The position numbers and the translations under genes were made by a program. 64,000 nucleotides of DNA. It comes from an uncultured Acidimicrobiales bacterium (GTDB lineage: Bacteria > Actinomycetota > Acidimicrobiia > Acidimicrobiales > Bin134). The notes below the pieces were generated by a model. The model searched no databases. It was not told the DNA's origin and was given only the letters and a program-made list of their open reading frames with translations. Where the stretch lies: positions 1,901,954 through 1,965,953 of the forward strand of contig OX638350.1 of the NCBI GenBank assembly GCA_951813325.1, in the 5' to 3' direction. The number at the start of each line of letters is the position of its first letter. The stretch's first letter is position 1. Shown one piece after another: positions 1 to 9,424 of the stretch.

Positions 1-165
1 GCACCGGTGGGGCTCCTGCTGTCGACGGAGACACCGTCTGAGGAGTTGGCGGCCCGGGGCCGTCGACACCTGGAAGCAGCCCGCGTGCTCGGCCGCATTG
101 CCCTGGGACACTCCCCTGTACCGCCTGATTCCCGCGCCGATCCTGCCGATCCGAAGCCGGGTTGA
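1..165 (+). CDS. C-terminal fragment of an upstream gene (partial at window edge), unknown function
   Basis: Open frame 1 from the window edge to TGA at 163-165; no recognisable domain. Confidence 0.25.
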   Translation, partial: APVGLLLSTETPSEELAARGRRHLEAARVLGRIALGHSPVPPDSRADPADPKPG

Positions 166-168
166 ACA

Positions 169-669
169 ATGAGCGAGCGGCCCAAAGACGGTTTGGCCCG
201 ACCAGCCCGCCCCGATGAGATCGGCGCGGCGGCTGAATTGGCCCGGGAGGCCCGTCGCGAGGCCCTTGCGTACCGGGGTGGAAAGCGGTGGATGGCCACC
301 GAGGCCGCTCCTGAGCCGCTGGAGGAGTATCTCGCCGGGCTTGTCGCTGACCCGAACGCCGTTTTGGTGACCGGCATTTGGGCTGACTCGGTCGTAGGGT
401 ATGGATGGGCGCGGCGGATTGTCCGTCTGGACGGATCGCTGATCGCTCGGATCGAGGAACTGTTCGTCACCCCCGAGGCTCGGTCGGTCGGAGTGGGGGA
501 GTCGCTGTTTGACGCCCTGAAGCAGTGGGCCCGAGATCGAGACCTGGTGGCGATCGACGCCTTCGTGCTGCCGGGCCACCGCGAGGCCAAGAACTTCTTC
601 GAGACGTTCAAGATGACGGCCCATGCTCTGATCGTGCACACCGAGCTCGACCAAGACCGGCAAGCATGA
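169..669 (+). CDS. GNAT-family N-acetyltransferase-like protein
   Basis: ORF track; GNAT motif-A-like segment 'RSVGVGESLFDALKQWARD' and overall size/pattern. Confidence 0.5.
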   Translation: MSERPKDGLARPARPDEIGAAAELAREARREALAYRGGKRWMATEAAPEPLEEYLAGLVADPNAVLVTGIWADSVVGYGWARRIVRLDGSLIARIEELFVTPEARSVGVGESLFDALKQWARDRDLVAIDAFVLPGHREAKNFFETFKMTAHALIVHTELDQDRQA

Positions 670-705
670 GCGGGGATCGGCGGATATGAGCAGAGATCCA
701 AACCC

Positions 706-1116
706 ATGACCGGACCGGAACTGTGCGTGGGCGCCGTGGTGGTACACGACGGCGCCATACTGCTCATCCGCCGGGGTAGCCCGCCGGGGGAGGGGCTGTG
801 GTCGGTGCCCGGCGGTCGGGTGCAGCGGGGAGAAACTCTGGCCGAGGCTGCCCGCCGTGAGCTGCGAGAGGAGACCTCCTTGGACGGGGAGGTGGGCGAG
901 GCCGTGGGCTGGACCGAGCTCATCGGCCGACGGCGCCACTACGTGATAGTGGATTTCTGGGTGACCGTGGCACCCGACGCGCTACCAAGGGCGGGCACCG
1001 ATGCCTCCGATGCGGCGTGGGTGGCCATCGGCGATTTAGAGAACTGGGACTTGGTGGGCGGCCTGCATCAGTTTCTGACCGACCACCAGGTGATACCTAG
1101 AGAGAAGCCCGACTAG
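706..1116 (+). CDS. NUDIX hydrolase
   Basis: Nudix box '[24 protein letters not shown]' (GX5EX7REUXEEXGU). Confidence 0.8.
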   Translation: MTGPELCVGAVVVHDGAILLIRRGSPPGEGLWSVPGGRVQRGETLAEAARRELREETSLDGEVGEAVGWTELIGRRRHYVIVDFWVTVAPDALPRAGTDASDAAWVAIGDLENWDLVGGLHQFLTDHQVIPREKPD

Positions 1117-2614
1117 GAGTCGGGGCGCCGGAACCCCGTCGGGGGCGCTTCGGAGGAGGGGTGGGCTCTATGCCGAACAGGGCGGCAATATGGGGAACGC
1201 GCTCGGACAGCTTTGTGACCTCGGCCAGCAGCTCCTTGTCAGGATTCTCCGGGACACCCTGAGGCTGCACGGTTCGGCGTACCGGCGAGAACGCCACGGC
1301 AGCCAGCACCGCGATCCAGCGCTTGGTCGGCGTGTCACTGGCCAAGGCCGCGTTGGCCGCCTCGGTCAGCCGGGTGACCATGTCTTGGGGAAGGGGCACG
1401 CCGGCCTTCGGGGGACGGGAACTGAGCCTCAGGGCCCGGATCATTCGGCCGTCGGCCAGCGTGGCGGCCACCTCGGCCAGCCATCCGGCGTGCTCCCGAT
1501 CGACCCGCTCGGCGAGTTTGGCGCGCAGCTCTTCGGCCATGGCCTTGGCCTCGTCGTCGCCGGCTCCGGCCTCGGCAGCCACCACCACCGATCGAAGATC
1601 GCGCAGATCGATCTCGTCGACCTCGGCCAGTGCGGCCTCGACTCGGTCTCGCCATTCTGCGGCTCGCACCCGGGAAAGGAGTTTGCCCGCCGCTACCAGA
1701 AAGTCGTCGCCTGCCTCTTTTGAATCGGATTTCTCTTGCTCTTCGGCTTTGGGGCTGTCTGTGTCGGTTTGGACGGGGTCCTTTTCGGCATTAGCGGCGT
1801 CTGATTGGGACTTGGCCGCGTCCCTTTCGGCATTGGCGGCGTCTGATTGGGACCTGGCCGCGTCCCTTTCGGCATTGGCGGCGTCTGATTGGGACTTGGC
1901 CGCGTCCCTTTCGGCATTGGCGGCGTCTGATTGGGACTTGGCCGCGTCCTTTTCGGCATTGGCGGCGTCTGATTGGGACTTGGCCGCGTCCCTTTCGGCA
2001 TTGGCGGCGTCTGATTGGGACTTGGCCGCGTCCCTTTCGGCTTTCGCGGCGTCGCGGGCCTTCTTGCGCTGGATTTGGAGGGTCTTTTCCACCGAGCTGA
2101 TGCCGTCTCGAACCATCTTCTCGGCCACGGGCTTCTGCTCCTCGGGCAGGCTGTCTATCAACGCCTGACGGTGAGTTCGGCCGGGGCGCAGGCGCTTGGC
2201 TTTGGGGCGGTCGTCCTCGCGGCGAGGCTCCTGGCGATCACGGTCCTTTTGATCGCCTCGGCCGCGGCGATCCTGACGGCCCCTTCGGTCGTCCCGATCT
2301 CGATCCCGGCTTCCTTGCCGGTTCTTGCGGTTGGACACCAGCTGGGTGGTGACCAGCGGTTGATCCCGACCGGAGCCCAAAATCTCCAGCGTCTCGGGCA
2401 TGGGGCGCTTCTTTTTGGATTCAAAGGCCTCGATGATCTCGATACCGTCGATGTGGAACTCGGCCTCAACGGTCAACTCGTCGCCCACGCTGGCATCGAA
2501 GGCGATCAGGTCGCCGCCCATCTCGCCCTTCGGCTCTCGCGCACCGGCGGCTCTCCACGTCCAAGAGCCGTCGGGCCGCTGGCTGGTCAGCTCAATCTCA
2601 ATCCTGCGAGACAC
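1097..2614 (-). CDS. Conserved actinobacterial hypothetical protein with Arg/Asp-rich low-complexity region and 14-aa tandem repeats ([14 protein letters not shown])n
   Basis: Long ORF; structured N- and C-terminal domains with a central repeat array; no enzyme motif recognised. Confidence 0.6.
   Translation of the reverse strand: MSRRIEIELTSQRPDGSWTWRAAGAREPKGEMGGDLIAFDASVGDELTVEAEFHIDGIEIIEAFESKKKRPMPETLEILGSGRDQPLVTTQLVSNRKNRQGSRDRDRDDRRGRQDRRGRGDQKDRDRQEPRREDDRPKAKRLRPGRTHRQALIDSLPEEQKPVAEKMVRDGISSVEKTLQIQRKKARDAAKAERDAAKSQSDAANAERDAAKSQSDAANAEKDAAKSQSDAANAERDAAKSQSDAANAERDAARSQSDAANAERDAAKSQSDAANAEKDPVQTDTDSPKAEEQEKSDSKEAGDDFLVAAGKLLSRVRAAEWRDRVEAALAEVDEIDLRDLRSVVVAAEAGAGDDEAKAMAEELRAKLAERVDREHAGWLAEVAATLADGRMIRALRLSSRPPKAGVPLPQDMVTRLTEAANAALASDTPTKRWIAVLAAVAFSPVRRTVQPQGVPENPDKELLAEVTKLSERVPHIAALFGIEPTPPPKRPRRGSGAPTPSRASL
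1780..2040. repeat. Intragenic 42-nt tandem repeat, ~6 near-identical copies (encodes [14 protein letters not shown] units)
   Basis: Unit 'ggcattggcggcgtctgattgggacttggccgcgtccctttc' visibly reiterated with single-nt variants. Confidence 0.85.
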
Positions 2615-2665
2615 CGGCGGTCACGCTACCGCATCAGGGCCCGAGTGCAGAACTGCAAGAACCCT

Positions 2666-3037
2666 TCAGCACCCTCCGAGTTCGGCGGCTGCGGAATGCC
2701 CGAAGCCGCCGAGCTCGACGGCAACCGCCCCCGTGGCCGGGGTGAGGTTGGTGAACACACGGGGCTGCCAGGCAAAGCTGGCGTCCACCCGAAGTACAGG
2801 ACCGCCTCCGGTTTGGTCGACGCAACCGGACAGCTTCGTCCCGTCAATTCGGATGGCATTCACCGTGCTTCGGTCACACCCCTGGCTGCCGCAACCGTCG
2901 ATGAACTTTGCCGCGGCCCTCTCGGCCCGGTCAGCCGCCAGATTGCTGTTGGTGATCAACTCGGCGTGGTCACCCAACGAGCCGGCCGTCACGGCCACCG
3001 CCAGACCCAGAGACAGCAGAACGATGGCGGTGTGCAT
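2666..3037 (-). CDS. TadE/TadG-like pilus assembly protein (N-terminal hydrophobic segment)
   Basis: Small protein with N-terminal TM segment immediately downstream of the other tadE-like genes in the same operon. Confidence 0.45.
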   Translation of the reverse strand: MHTAIVLLSLGLAVAVTAGSLGDHAELITNSNLAADRAERAAAKFIDGCGSQGCDRSTVNAIRIDGTKLSGCVDQTGGGPVLRVDASFAWQPRVFTNLTPATGAVAVELGGFGHSAAAELGGC

Positions 3038-3041
3038 CCGC

Positions 3042-3461
3042 CTAGCCCACCGGCTCGACGCTGGCGGCGACTATCCGGGTGGCTTTGAGCAGCCGGCCCA
3101 GCTCAACCGGGCAAATGACGACTGCGGCCACCGAAGGCGAAAACCTGGGATCATGGGAAGGGCGGGGCTGGGAGACCAAGCTGACATTGAAGGCGGCGTC
3201 GGTTTGGCTGCATACCCCAGCGGTGGCGGCCAAGCCGGACTGCTCCACCGCGGCAACCGCCTCAGCCCACCGAACCCGGTCCGAAGGCTCGGCACTGGCC
3301 GCGGGGGACCGGGTCAGAGTCTTGGCCGCGTTCACCGCGGCTGCTTCGGCGAACGTGGAGGTGCGATAGCGAGCCGTGCCCAGCGTCCCGGCGGCGTCGA
3401 GCACAACCACACCGAGCAGCAACCCGGGCAAAACCAACAGGAACGCGATGGCGTCGCTCAT
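3042..3461 (-). CDS. TadE/TadG-like Flp pilus assembly protein
   Basis: N-terminal hydrophobic helix 'AFLLVLPGLLLGVVVL'; position within the tad operon. Confidence 0.5.
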   Translation of the reverse strand: MSDAIAFLLVLPGLLLGVVVLDAAGTLGTARYRTSTFAEAAAVNAAKTLTRSPAASAEPSDRVRWAEAVAAVEQSGLAATAGVCSQTDAAFNVSLVSQPRPSHDPRFSPSVAAVVICPVELGRLLKATRIVAASVEPVG

Positions 3462-3471
3462 GGGAGTGCCA

Positions 3472-3873
3472 TCAACACGAGCTGGGGATGCTGAGTGCCG
3501 CTGCGCCGGCGGCCGATCGGCAGGCGACAGAGGTGGTGTGCAACGCCGATACCCGGGTATCCGACACCGCAGCGGTAACCGATACGATCAAGTTGCAGGC
3601 GTCGGCTCTCACCTCGACCGCCACCGGCTGCACCGCTAGATGCTGGATCTGGCTCAGCGCCGCTCGAGCCGCAGCCGCCTCGGCCTCTGATGGGGGAGGG
3701 GACTGGCACCGCCATCCCACCGCAGCAGCAGCCTGCGCGGCCGCGGCCGCGGCTGACTGGGCCGCAGCGTCCGCCGACAATCGAGTGATGTGGCGAACGT
3801 ACAGTCCGGTGATCAAAGCCAATAGGAGCATCAGCAGCATCGCAGTGCGCAGCACCACGAGAGAGGTGGCCAT
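3472..3873 (-). CDS. TadE-like Flp pilus assembly protein
   Basis: N-terminal hydrophobic helix then Ala-rich region; position right after the pilin-like gene in the tad operon. Confidence 0.5.
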   Translation of the reverse strand: MATSLVVLRTAMLLMLLLALITGLYVRHITRLSADAAAQSAAAAAAQAAAAVGWRCQSPPPSEAEAAAARAALSQIQHLAVQPVAVEVRADACNLIVSVTAAVSDTRVSALHTTSVACRSAAGAAALSIPSSC

Positions 3874-3879
3874 GGGCGG

Positions 3880-4047
3880 CTAGTGGTGTGTCGTGGGTTT
3901 AGCGCCGTGGATTGCGACGGCAGCGGCGTTCCTCGCAAGGCGCACTGACGCAGCCATACTTCCAGCGTACGGCAAGGAGGGGCAACGCCGCGAGGGGCGT
4001 CGATGCCTAGCAGGACACGCGCGAATAAACCCACGACACACCACTAG
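3880..4047. mobile_element. MITE-like element copy 1 (~160 bp, 22-bp perfect TIR ctagtggtgtgtcgtgggttta/taaacccacgacacaccactag, flanked by CTAG)
   Basis: Near-identical copies at 31131-31298 (same orientation, 1 mismatch) and 41901-42068 (inverted); terminal inverted repeats read directly. Confidence 0.8.
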
Positions 4048-4244
4048 CCGCAAGTACTCGTGCTCACTGTCCAGCTGCCCCCCACTGCCTCGCACAGCGT
4101 CTCGCTGGTGATCCGGGATTTGTCGATGTTGTCCCCTGTTTCAGGGGCGTTGTCGCTGAGTTGGGCGTAGACGATGATGGCCACGATGGCAGCAGCGGCG
4201 ATGCCAACCACGATCAAGATCATCTGGACGATTGCTGATTGCAT
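4044..4244 (-). CDS. Small hydrophobic membrane protein, candidate atypical Flp-type pilin
   Basis: 66 aa, TM helix, good RBS (gaggaag) right after tadC; lacks the canonical G/xxxxEY prepilin motif, so the pilin call is positional. Confidence 0.4.
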   Translation of the reverse strand: MQSAIVQMILIVVGIAAAAIVAIIVYAQLSDNAPETGDNIDKSRITSETLCEAVGGSWTVSTSTCG

Positions 4245-4277
4245 GTTTGTTCTTCCTCGGAGAAGCTGCCGATGGCC

Positions 4278-5030
4278 TCAGATCACGAAGATCACGGCAG
4301 CCATGACGACGAGACCAGCGATTCCAGCCACCAGAGTGACTGTGGTTCCGATAGCCCGGCTGAGCTGGTCGATCGCCAGGCGTCTTTCGGACTCCAAGGT
4401 CCGAACTGATCGGGACAGGGACTTGTCCAGCAAGTCCGATGACGCGGCTCCGGCCCTTTCGGCGGCCACCACCGACGCCAGCAGCGGCGCGGCGGGGGAA
4501 CCGGCGATGGCCTCGGTGACCGCGGGCAGCGGGTCTCGTCCAGCGTCCAGGGCCGCCCCAATGGCGCCCTGAGCCACGGAGAAAGCCTGGCCCGATACCT
4601 TCAGCGCGGCGTTGACCGCAGCGGCGTTGATGGGTTGGCCCGCCGAGGTCAACAGCCTCAGCTTCCGCATCCACTCGAGCATCTTCTGGTCCCGCTCACT
4701 GCGGTAGGCCGTGGCGACAAACGCCTGAATGGCGGCTGGCACCAGCCGGGGAAGCCACGTTCCGGCTATCACCGCCAGGGCCAATCCCGCGGCCCTCCCG
4801 GACATTGAAAGCCCCGTCAAACCACCGATAGCTGCCCCTGCGCCGGCCAGAAGCCAGCCTGTCAAAGAAATCCGACTGGGCGGCCATCCCATCGCAGCAG
4901 CTTGAATCGCGGTCCGGCTGTTGGTCTTGGGCGGGGTGAGCAGTAGAACGGCCACCACAGCCACCCCCGAAAACCCGGACAGCAAGATCATCGCCCCATC
5001 CGCCACGCGGGGGCCAGCACTCGGGCGCAC
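4278..5030 (-). CDS. tadC: Tad pilus assembly membrane protein TadC (T2SS-F domain)
   Basis: Polytopic membrane protein with GspF-like cytoplasmic domain; operon position. Confidence 0.7.
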   Translation of the reverse strand: MRPSAGPRVADGAMILLSGFSGVAVVAVLLLTPPKTNSRTAIQAAAMGWPPSRISLTGWLLAGAGAAIGGLTGLSMSGRAAGLALAVIAGTWLPRLVPAAIQAFVATAYRSERDQKMLEWMRKLRLLTSAGQPINAAAVNAALKVSGQAFSVAQGAIGAALDAGRDPLPAVTEAIAGSPAAPLLASVVAAERAGAASSDLLDKSLSRSVRTLESERRLAIDQLSRAIGTTVTLVAGIAGLVVMAAVIFVI

Positions 5031-5803
5031 AGCGCGGCGGTCAGCACCGCGACAAGAAGCATCAATTGCTGCCCCACCGGCGACGTCAGCCAGCGCCCCA
5101 CGTCTTTGGCAGCAAATCCGGCAATGGCCAGCATGCCGACGGCCATTGCCACAGTGACCGCGACTTGGGGCATGAGCGCGGCCACGTAGCGGTGGAAGTG
5201 GCGGGCAGTCTCGGCCGCCTCGGTGGCTTCATCAGCCAGCACGCCGGCCAAGCCCACCCACTGCGAACCACCCCGGAATGCCTCAGCCAGCACGGTGGCC
5301 AGCATCTCGGCAATCGGCCGCCCGATAGTGGCGGAAAAGCGGTTGGCCGCCTCCACAAGGCCGCCGGTCTCGCATTCAGAGGCCATCAGCCGGGCAGCGG
5401 CCCCGACCCGGCCGGGAATCAACGGGGCGGCTTGACGTACAGCTTCCACCACGGTGGGGGCCACCAATGCCTGGTTGGCCAATCCGTTGGTCAGCTGGGC
5501 AAGTTCGTCAGCCTCCCGCAGACTGCGAGAAGACCGGATCTGAACCGCCATGGCCCACACGCCTACGCCGCTCAGTACCATCACAGCCACACCGGTGGTC
5601 GCTCCCACCAGCACGAGCCCCGCGGTGAATACCGAAGCCGCCACAACGGCGGCCAGAAGCGGGCCGGCTGGAAGTGAGCGTCGCTGGGCCAGAACCAGGC
5701 TGCCCATCAGTAGAACTGAGGGACTCCCGGCCGACGTCGGCCACCAGACGATGGCCATCAATGCGAGCCCAGCGGCCAAGGCCACCGCGACCTGCGCACT
5801 CAC
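4988..5803 (-). CDS. tadB: Tad pilus assembly membrane protein TadB (T2SS-F domain)
   Basis: T2SS-F-like membrane protein; GTG start overlaps tadA stop (GTGA). Confidence 0.65.
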   Translation of the reverse strand: MSAQVAVALAAGLALMAIVWWPTSAGSPSVLLMGSLVLAQRRSLPAGPLLAAVVAASVFTAGLVLVGATTGVAVMVLSGVGVWAMAVQIRSSRSLREADELAQLTNGLANQALVAPTVVEAVRQAAPLIPGRVGAAARLMASECETGGLVEAANRFSATIGRPIAEMLATVLAEAFRGGSQWVGLAGVLADEATEAAETARHFHRYVAALMPQVAVTVAMAVGMLAIAGFAAKDVGRWLTSPVGQQLMLLVAVLTAALCARVLAPAWRMGR

Positions 5804-7428
5804 AGGATCCTCGCTGAAGAGGCCGCGCCCGATGAGAACGAAGCTGTCGACCCCCTGTCGGCGATCGCGTGCAGGTCCTCAGCTGAACAGGGATCGATCC
5901 CTACCGATTGGTACAACCGCTCGACCTGGCCGACTGGCCGGCTCATGGGAGTGGCCCACCGCTGGCCGGGGCGAAGCGTCCACAGGCACTCGGTGTCGAT
6001 GGTGTCATTGCGGTCGTCGTAGCTGACGATCTGGGTGACATCGGAGATCACCCGCTCTCCGTGCTCGTTGCGGCCCAGCCACACCAGCAGATGGACGGCG
6101 ATAGCGGTCTGCTGGCGGGCGAACCGGGGATCAGCACCCTCGCTGCACGCGTATGACAGCAGTTTGGCCAGCACCCCGGTCCCAGGCTGGCTGTGCAGGG
6201 TGACCAGGCAGCCGTTGAGCCCGCTGCTCATGGCGTCGAGCAGCGCGAGGGTGCCTTCGCCCCTGGTTTCGCCGATAACCAGCTTGGAGGAGTTGGCCCG
6301 CTTGGCGTCGCGGATGTGGTCGCTCATGGTGAGCTTGCCCACGCCGTCGTTGTTGGCATCCCGGGTGAGGCGCTCGTAGCTGTTGAAGTGGATGCCGTAC
6401 TGGGCCAACCGGAGCTCGGGGGTGTCCTCGATGGTGTCGATCCTCTCCGAGCCATCGACGGAGGCCAAGAGGGCCTGGCAGAGCGTCGTCTTGCCGCCCC
6501 CCATGGCCGCGGCAACCACGATGTTGGCCCGGATCGGTCCCGACACCGCTCCGAGGAGGATCTTCTGCAAACGCGGCCCGGCCACATGGAGGTCGTTCAA
6601 GGTGGCCTTTCCGGCCATATTCGACCTGAGCACCATGGTAGGCGGATGGCACATGAACGCCTCGGCATGGAGCCGCCACCGGTCGCCGAGTCGGATGTCC
6701 AGGCGACTGTCGAGCACATCGAATCGTTGAGGCTGTCCGCCGGAGAAGCTGGCCAGGTGCCGGGCTGTCTCGATCAGCTCGTCGTTGGACGAGAACGGTG
6801 AGTTGCGACGCTCCCGCTGACCCTCCGCTCGGTGGACGATCATGCACTCTCCCCCTCGAATCTGAAACTCCTCAACCCCGGTTTCATCCAGCAGGTCGGC
6901 TAGTCGGGTTTGAGCAGCTTGCGATGCCGACCACAGATGGGTCTCGCGGTCGAGCGGATCGAGCCGGCGGGGCGCGACCGCGGTCCACGCCAGCCTGCGC
7001 CCGAGCCGGTGCAGTCGGCGAAGGTGGTTTCGAGCCGGTTCGGGCGGCACCCAGAGGGTGAAGACCCTTTGGCGGCGCGAGCGTCCCGTGTCCGGCTGGT
7101 CGTCCGACACGACCACCGACACAATCGGGGTCGAGCGGCGCGATCCGGTGTCCATCCGCAGCAAGGAGCGCACGTCGGTGCTGTCGGAGATGGTGATCCA
7201 TAGCACCGCAGCGGCTGATGCGACCGCCGATTCCAGACGGAGCTCCGGCTCGTCGTCGCGCATAGACAGCACCGTGGGATGGCCGGCGGCCGACGCCTGG
7301 TCTACCTCAGCGGGAGAAGTGGCCAAGACCACGCCAGGGGCAGTGCTGGAGATCCCGTCCAACACCCCGTTCATCACCTGCTCAACAGCCTTGGCGTCGA
7401 GCCAGCGGTCTCCAATAGCCAAAAGCAT
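5800..7428 (-). CDS. tadA: Tad secretion ATPase TadA/CpaF with ~150-aa N-terminal extension
   Basis: Walker A 'AAAMGGGKTTLCQAL', VirB11/CpaF-like C-terminal half; start chosen at the ATG (7428) that overlaps the upstream gene stop (ATGA). The ORF track shows a longer 612-aa frame. Confidence 0.85.
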   Translation of the reverse strand: MLLAIGDRWLDAKAVEQVMNGVLDGISSTAPGVVLATSPAEVDQASAAGHPTVLSMRDDEPELRLESAVASAAAVLWITISDSTDVRSLLRMDTGSRRSTPIVSVVVSDDQPDTGRSRRQRVFTLWVPPEPARNHLRRLHRLGRRLAWTAVAPRRLDPLDRETHLWSASQAAQTRLADLLDETGVEEFQIRGGECMIVHRAEGQRERRNSPFSSNDELIETARHLASFSGGQPQRFDVLDSRLDIRLGDRWRLHAEAFMCHPPTMVLRSNMAGKATLNDLHVAGPRLQKILLGAVSGPIRANIVVAAAMGGGKTTLCQALLASVDGSERIDTIEDTPELRLAQYGIHFNSYERLTRDANNDGVGKLTMSDHIRDAKRANSSKLVIGETRGEGTLALLDAMSSGLNGCLVTLHSQPGTGVLAKLLSYACSEGADPRFARQQTAIAVHLLVWLGRNEHGERVISDVTQIVSYDDRNDTIDTECLWTLRPGQRWATPMSRPVGQVERLYQSVGIDPCSAEDLHAIADRGSTASFSSGAASSARIL

Positions 7429-8132
7429 CAGCTGGCCGTCGGGTCTTCGCGATCGCCGACAAGGGCGCCAGCGGTAGATCTGGGGTCGCATGGGGGCCAA
7501 CCGGCAGGCGGCGACTCCCAAATCCACCACTGCTGATCTGACAGCACGGCGGCCAGTTCGGAGCCGGCCTCTACGGTCACACTCGCTGTGGCGCCTTCGC
7601 CGGCCACCGACACCAAAGTCACAAGAGCGGCCGCACATCCCCCGGGCGAGGGAGAGAATACGGCTCGGTCACCTGCGACTGGACCGGGATCAGACCACAT
7701 CTCATCGCTCACCGTGACACTCATCAGCGTTGTCGTGCGGCGGTCATCACCGCTTTGGCGGCTGCGCAGCATCATGGGAGAGATCAGGGTTCCCTCGGGC
7801 ACGTCAACGGCCGCCACGGTTTCGGCCAGATCTAATGGATGGACAAAAAGAGCTGCCAAGTGGGCGGGAATGTGGACAACGGAGTGACCGCCCGGTGGAT
7901 GTCCCTCAGGCCAACGCTGGGCCGCGGCCACCACGGGCACTTCCACCGCAGCATCGCCGCCGCGGGACAACGCAGCAATCGCCGCGGCGGTGGCGACCAA
8001 GACTATGGCCGCGGCCAGCAAGCGCCACCGCAAGCTCACCGGCCAGGAGGTGGGCGACCACTGTTCGCTGCTGGGGCGGCTCACCACAGGGTTGCCTGCG
8101 GGCCGAGATACCCAGTCGGCTCGCGGAACCAA
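7428..8132 (-). CDS. CpaB/RcpC-like Flp pilus assembly protein (N-terminal TM, SAF-like domain)
   Basis: TM anchor 'LLAAAIVLVATAAAIAAL' followed by a soluble domain; translationally coupled to tadA. Confidence 0.45.
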   Translation of the reverse strand: MVPRADWVSRPAGNPVVSRPSSEQWSPTSWPVSLRWRLLAAAIVLVATAAAIAALSRGGDAAVEVPVVAAAQRWPEGHPPGGHSVVHIPAHLAALFVHPLDLAETVAAVDVPEGTLISPMMLRSRQSGDDRRTTTLMSVTVSDEMWSDPGPVAGDRAVFSPSPGGCAAALVTLVSVAGEGATASVTVEAGSELAAVLSDQQWWIWESPPAGWPPCDPRSTAGALVGDREDPTAS

Positions 8133-9424
8133 GACAGGTCAGAGGCGAGCACCTCGGTGTGCCGGCCACCCTGCCCAGAGGTGTACTTGACCTGCAACTG
8201 CCATTCCCAGAAGCCGCGGCGAGGGATCGCCCAGCGGCATCTTCCGTAGCGGTCCTCCCAGTCGGCGGTCAAAGAGAGCACCCTGTCGGCCGGAATGGTC
8301 CACGGTGGCAGATCAGCGGGCGAGCACCAGACAACCGGGGGGTCTGTGCGGGGAAAGGCCGCTTGGAACCACTGTTTGCGCTGCACGTCCAACCGATCCC
8401 ACAATGCGGCGGCTTGCTGAGCAGGTCCGGCGGCCGCCGAACTGCCGGGAGATCGGAGTTTGGCCAGATCAGAAGGCTCGTAGGGGAGCAGCTCTCGGAA
8501 CAACACGCCCACGGCTTTCGCCGTCCACCGGCAACCGCTCGCCGCGGCATCCACCACGTCGAGCGACTGCCCCGGCCGCTGAGCAATCCAATGTCGGACC
8601 GGGCTGCCAGCCGCCGAGGCCGCCGTCAAGAAGATCTGCCCTCCGGGAGTCTCCGGGTGGTGGTAGCCCGTGAACCCGCGTTCATAGGGAACGATCGACT
8701 CCCATCGCAGACTGCTCAGCAGCCTCTGGCGGGTGGCATCGCTCCACGCGGTGGTGCACACCTTGGGCTCGGGATTCGGATCGGACTCCCAAGGGCAGTT
8801 GCCGGGAATGCGGTCGGTCATGCACGGGGGCAGACAACCGCCGTTGGCGCACGGATTGGAGACGGGGGTGGGCTTGGGTTTCGGGGTGGCAGATGGCGTC
8901 GATTCCGGGGTCGGGGTTGCCGGGGTCGGGGTTGCCGGAGTCGAAGTCGGAGTCGAAGTCGGAGTCGCCGGGGGAGGGCTCTGTTGGCGGTGGTCGTGGT
9001 TGACGGGCACCCGCCGTTGCCCCGACCACCGGTAGTTGATATTCCGATGGCCGTTCCATCTGGTCCAAGTGCCTGGGCCAGTAGGCCGGGGCGTGCTGTC
9101 GTGGGGTCCGTGGGCGCAGTTGTCCGTATTCCGGCACCGACTCTTCGCCGCCGTGGCAATCACGGTTATTCCGCACTGGTCAATGATCTCCACCGTGCAG
9201 TTTGCAGGCACGCGGGCGCGGTAGTGGGTCCAGTAGTTGACGTGGGTCCACGTCTCTGTGCATCCCCGCACGCCGGAAGGGCACCTCCCAGCCCCGCTGG
9301 CGGGAACATCCGTGGTTTTGTCGTGGGCCAGAGCGGGCCGGGAGTCGGGGACCGAAAGCGCAATGCCGACAATGAGCAACACGGCAAGCGCCATCCCGAT
9401 CGCCGTCCGCAGTACCGCCGTCAT
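8081..9424 (-). CDS. Secreted Cys-rich protein with Pro/Thr-rich linker; unknown function, tad-operon associated
   Basis: Internal start at ATG 9424 (MTAVLRTAIGMALAVLLIVGIALS signal/TM) overlapping the upstream stop (ATGA); PT-repeat linker; many Cys. Confidence 0.5.
   Translation of the reverse strand: MTAVLRTAIGMALAVLLIVGIALSVPDSRPALAHDKTTDVPASGAGRCPSGVRGCTETWTHVNYWTHYRARVPANCTVEIIDQCGITVIATAAKSRCRNTDNCAHGPHDSTPRPTGPGTWTRWNGHRNINYRWSGQRRVPVNHDHRQQSPPPATPTSTPTSTPATPTPATPTPESTPSATPKPKPTPVSNPCANGGCLPPCMTDRIPGNCPWESDPNPEPKVCTTAWSDATRQRLLSSLRWESIVPYERGFTGYHHPETPGGQIFLTAASAAGSPVRHWIAQRPGQSLDVVDAAASGCRWTAKAVGVLFRELLPYEPSDLAKLRSPGSSAAAGPAQQAAALWDRLDVQRKQWFQAAFPRTDPPVVWCSPADLPPWTIPADRVLSLTADWEDRYGRCRWAIPRRGFWEWQLQVKYTSGQGGRHTEVLASDLSWFREPTGYLGPQATLW

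Noticed and set aside
2015-3088. Long plus-strand ORFs (2015-3088, 2400-3494) overlapping the minus-strand tad and repeat-protein genes
   Set aside because: High-GC antisense artefacts; no motifs; the opposite strand carries coherent tad genes
8860-8960. Short direct repeats (ggggtcggggttgcc, ggagtcgaagtc) that could look like a mini CRISPR or VNTR
   Set aside because: They are in-frame codon repeats of a Pro/Thr/Ser-rich linker inside CDS 8081-9424; no spacer-repeat architecture
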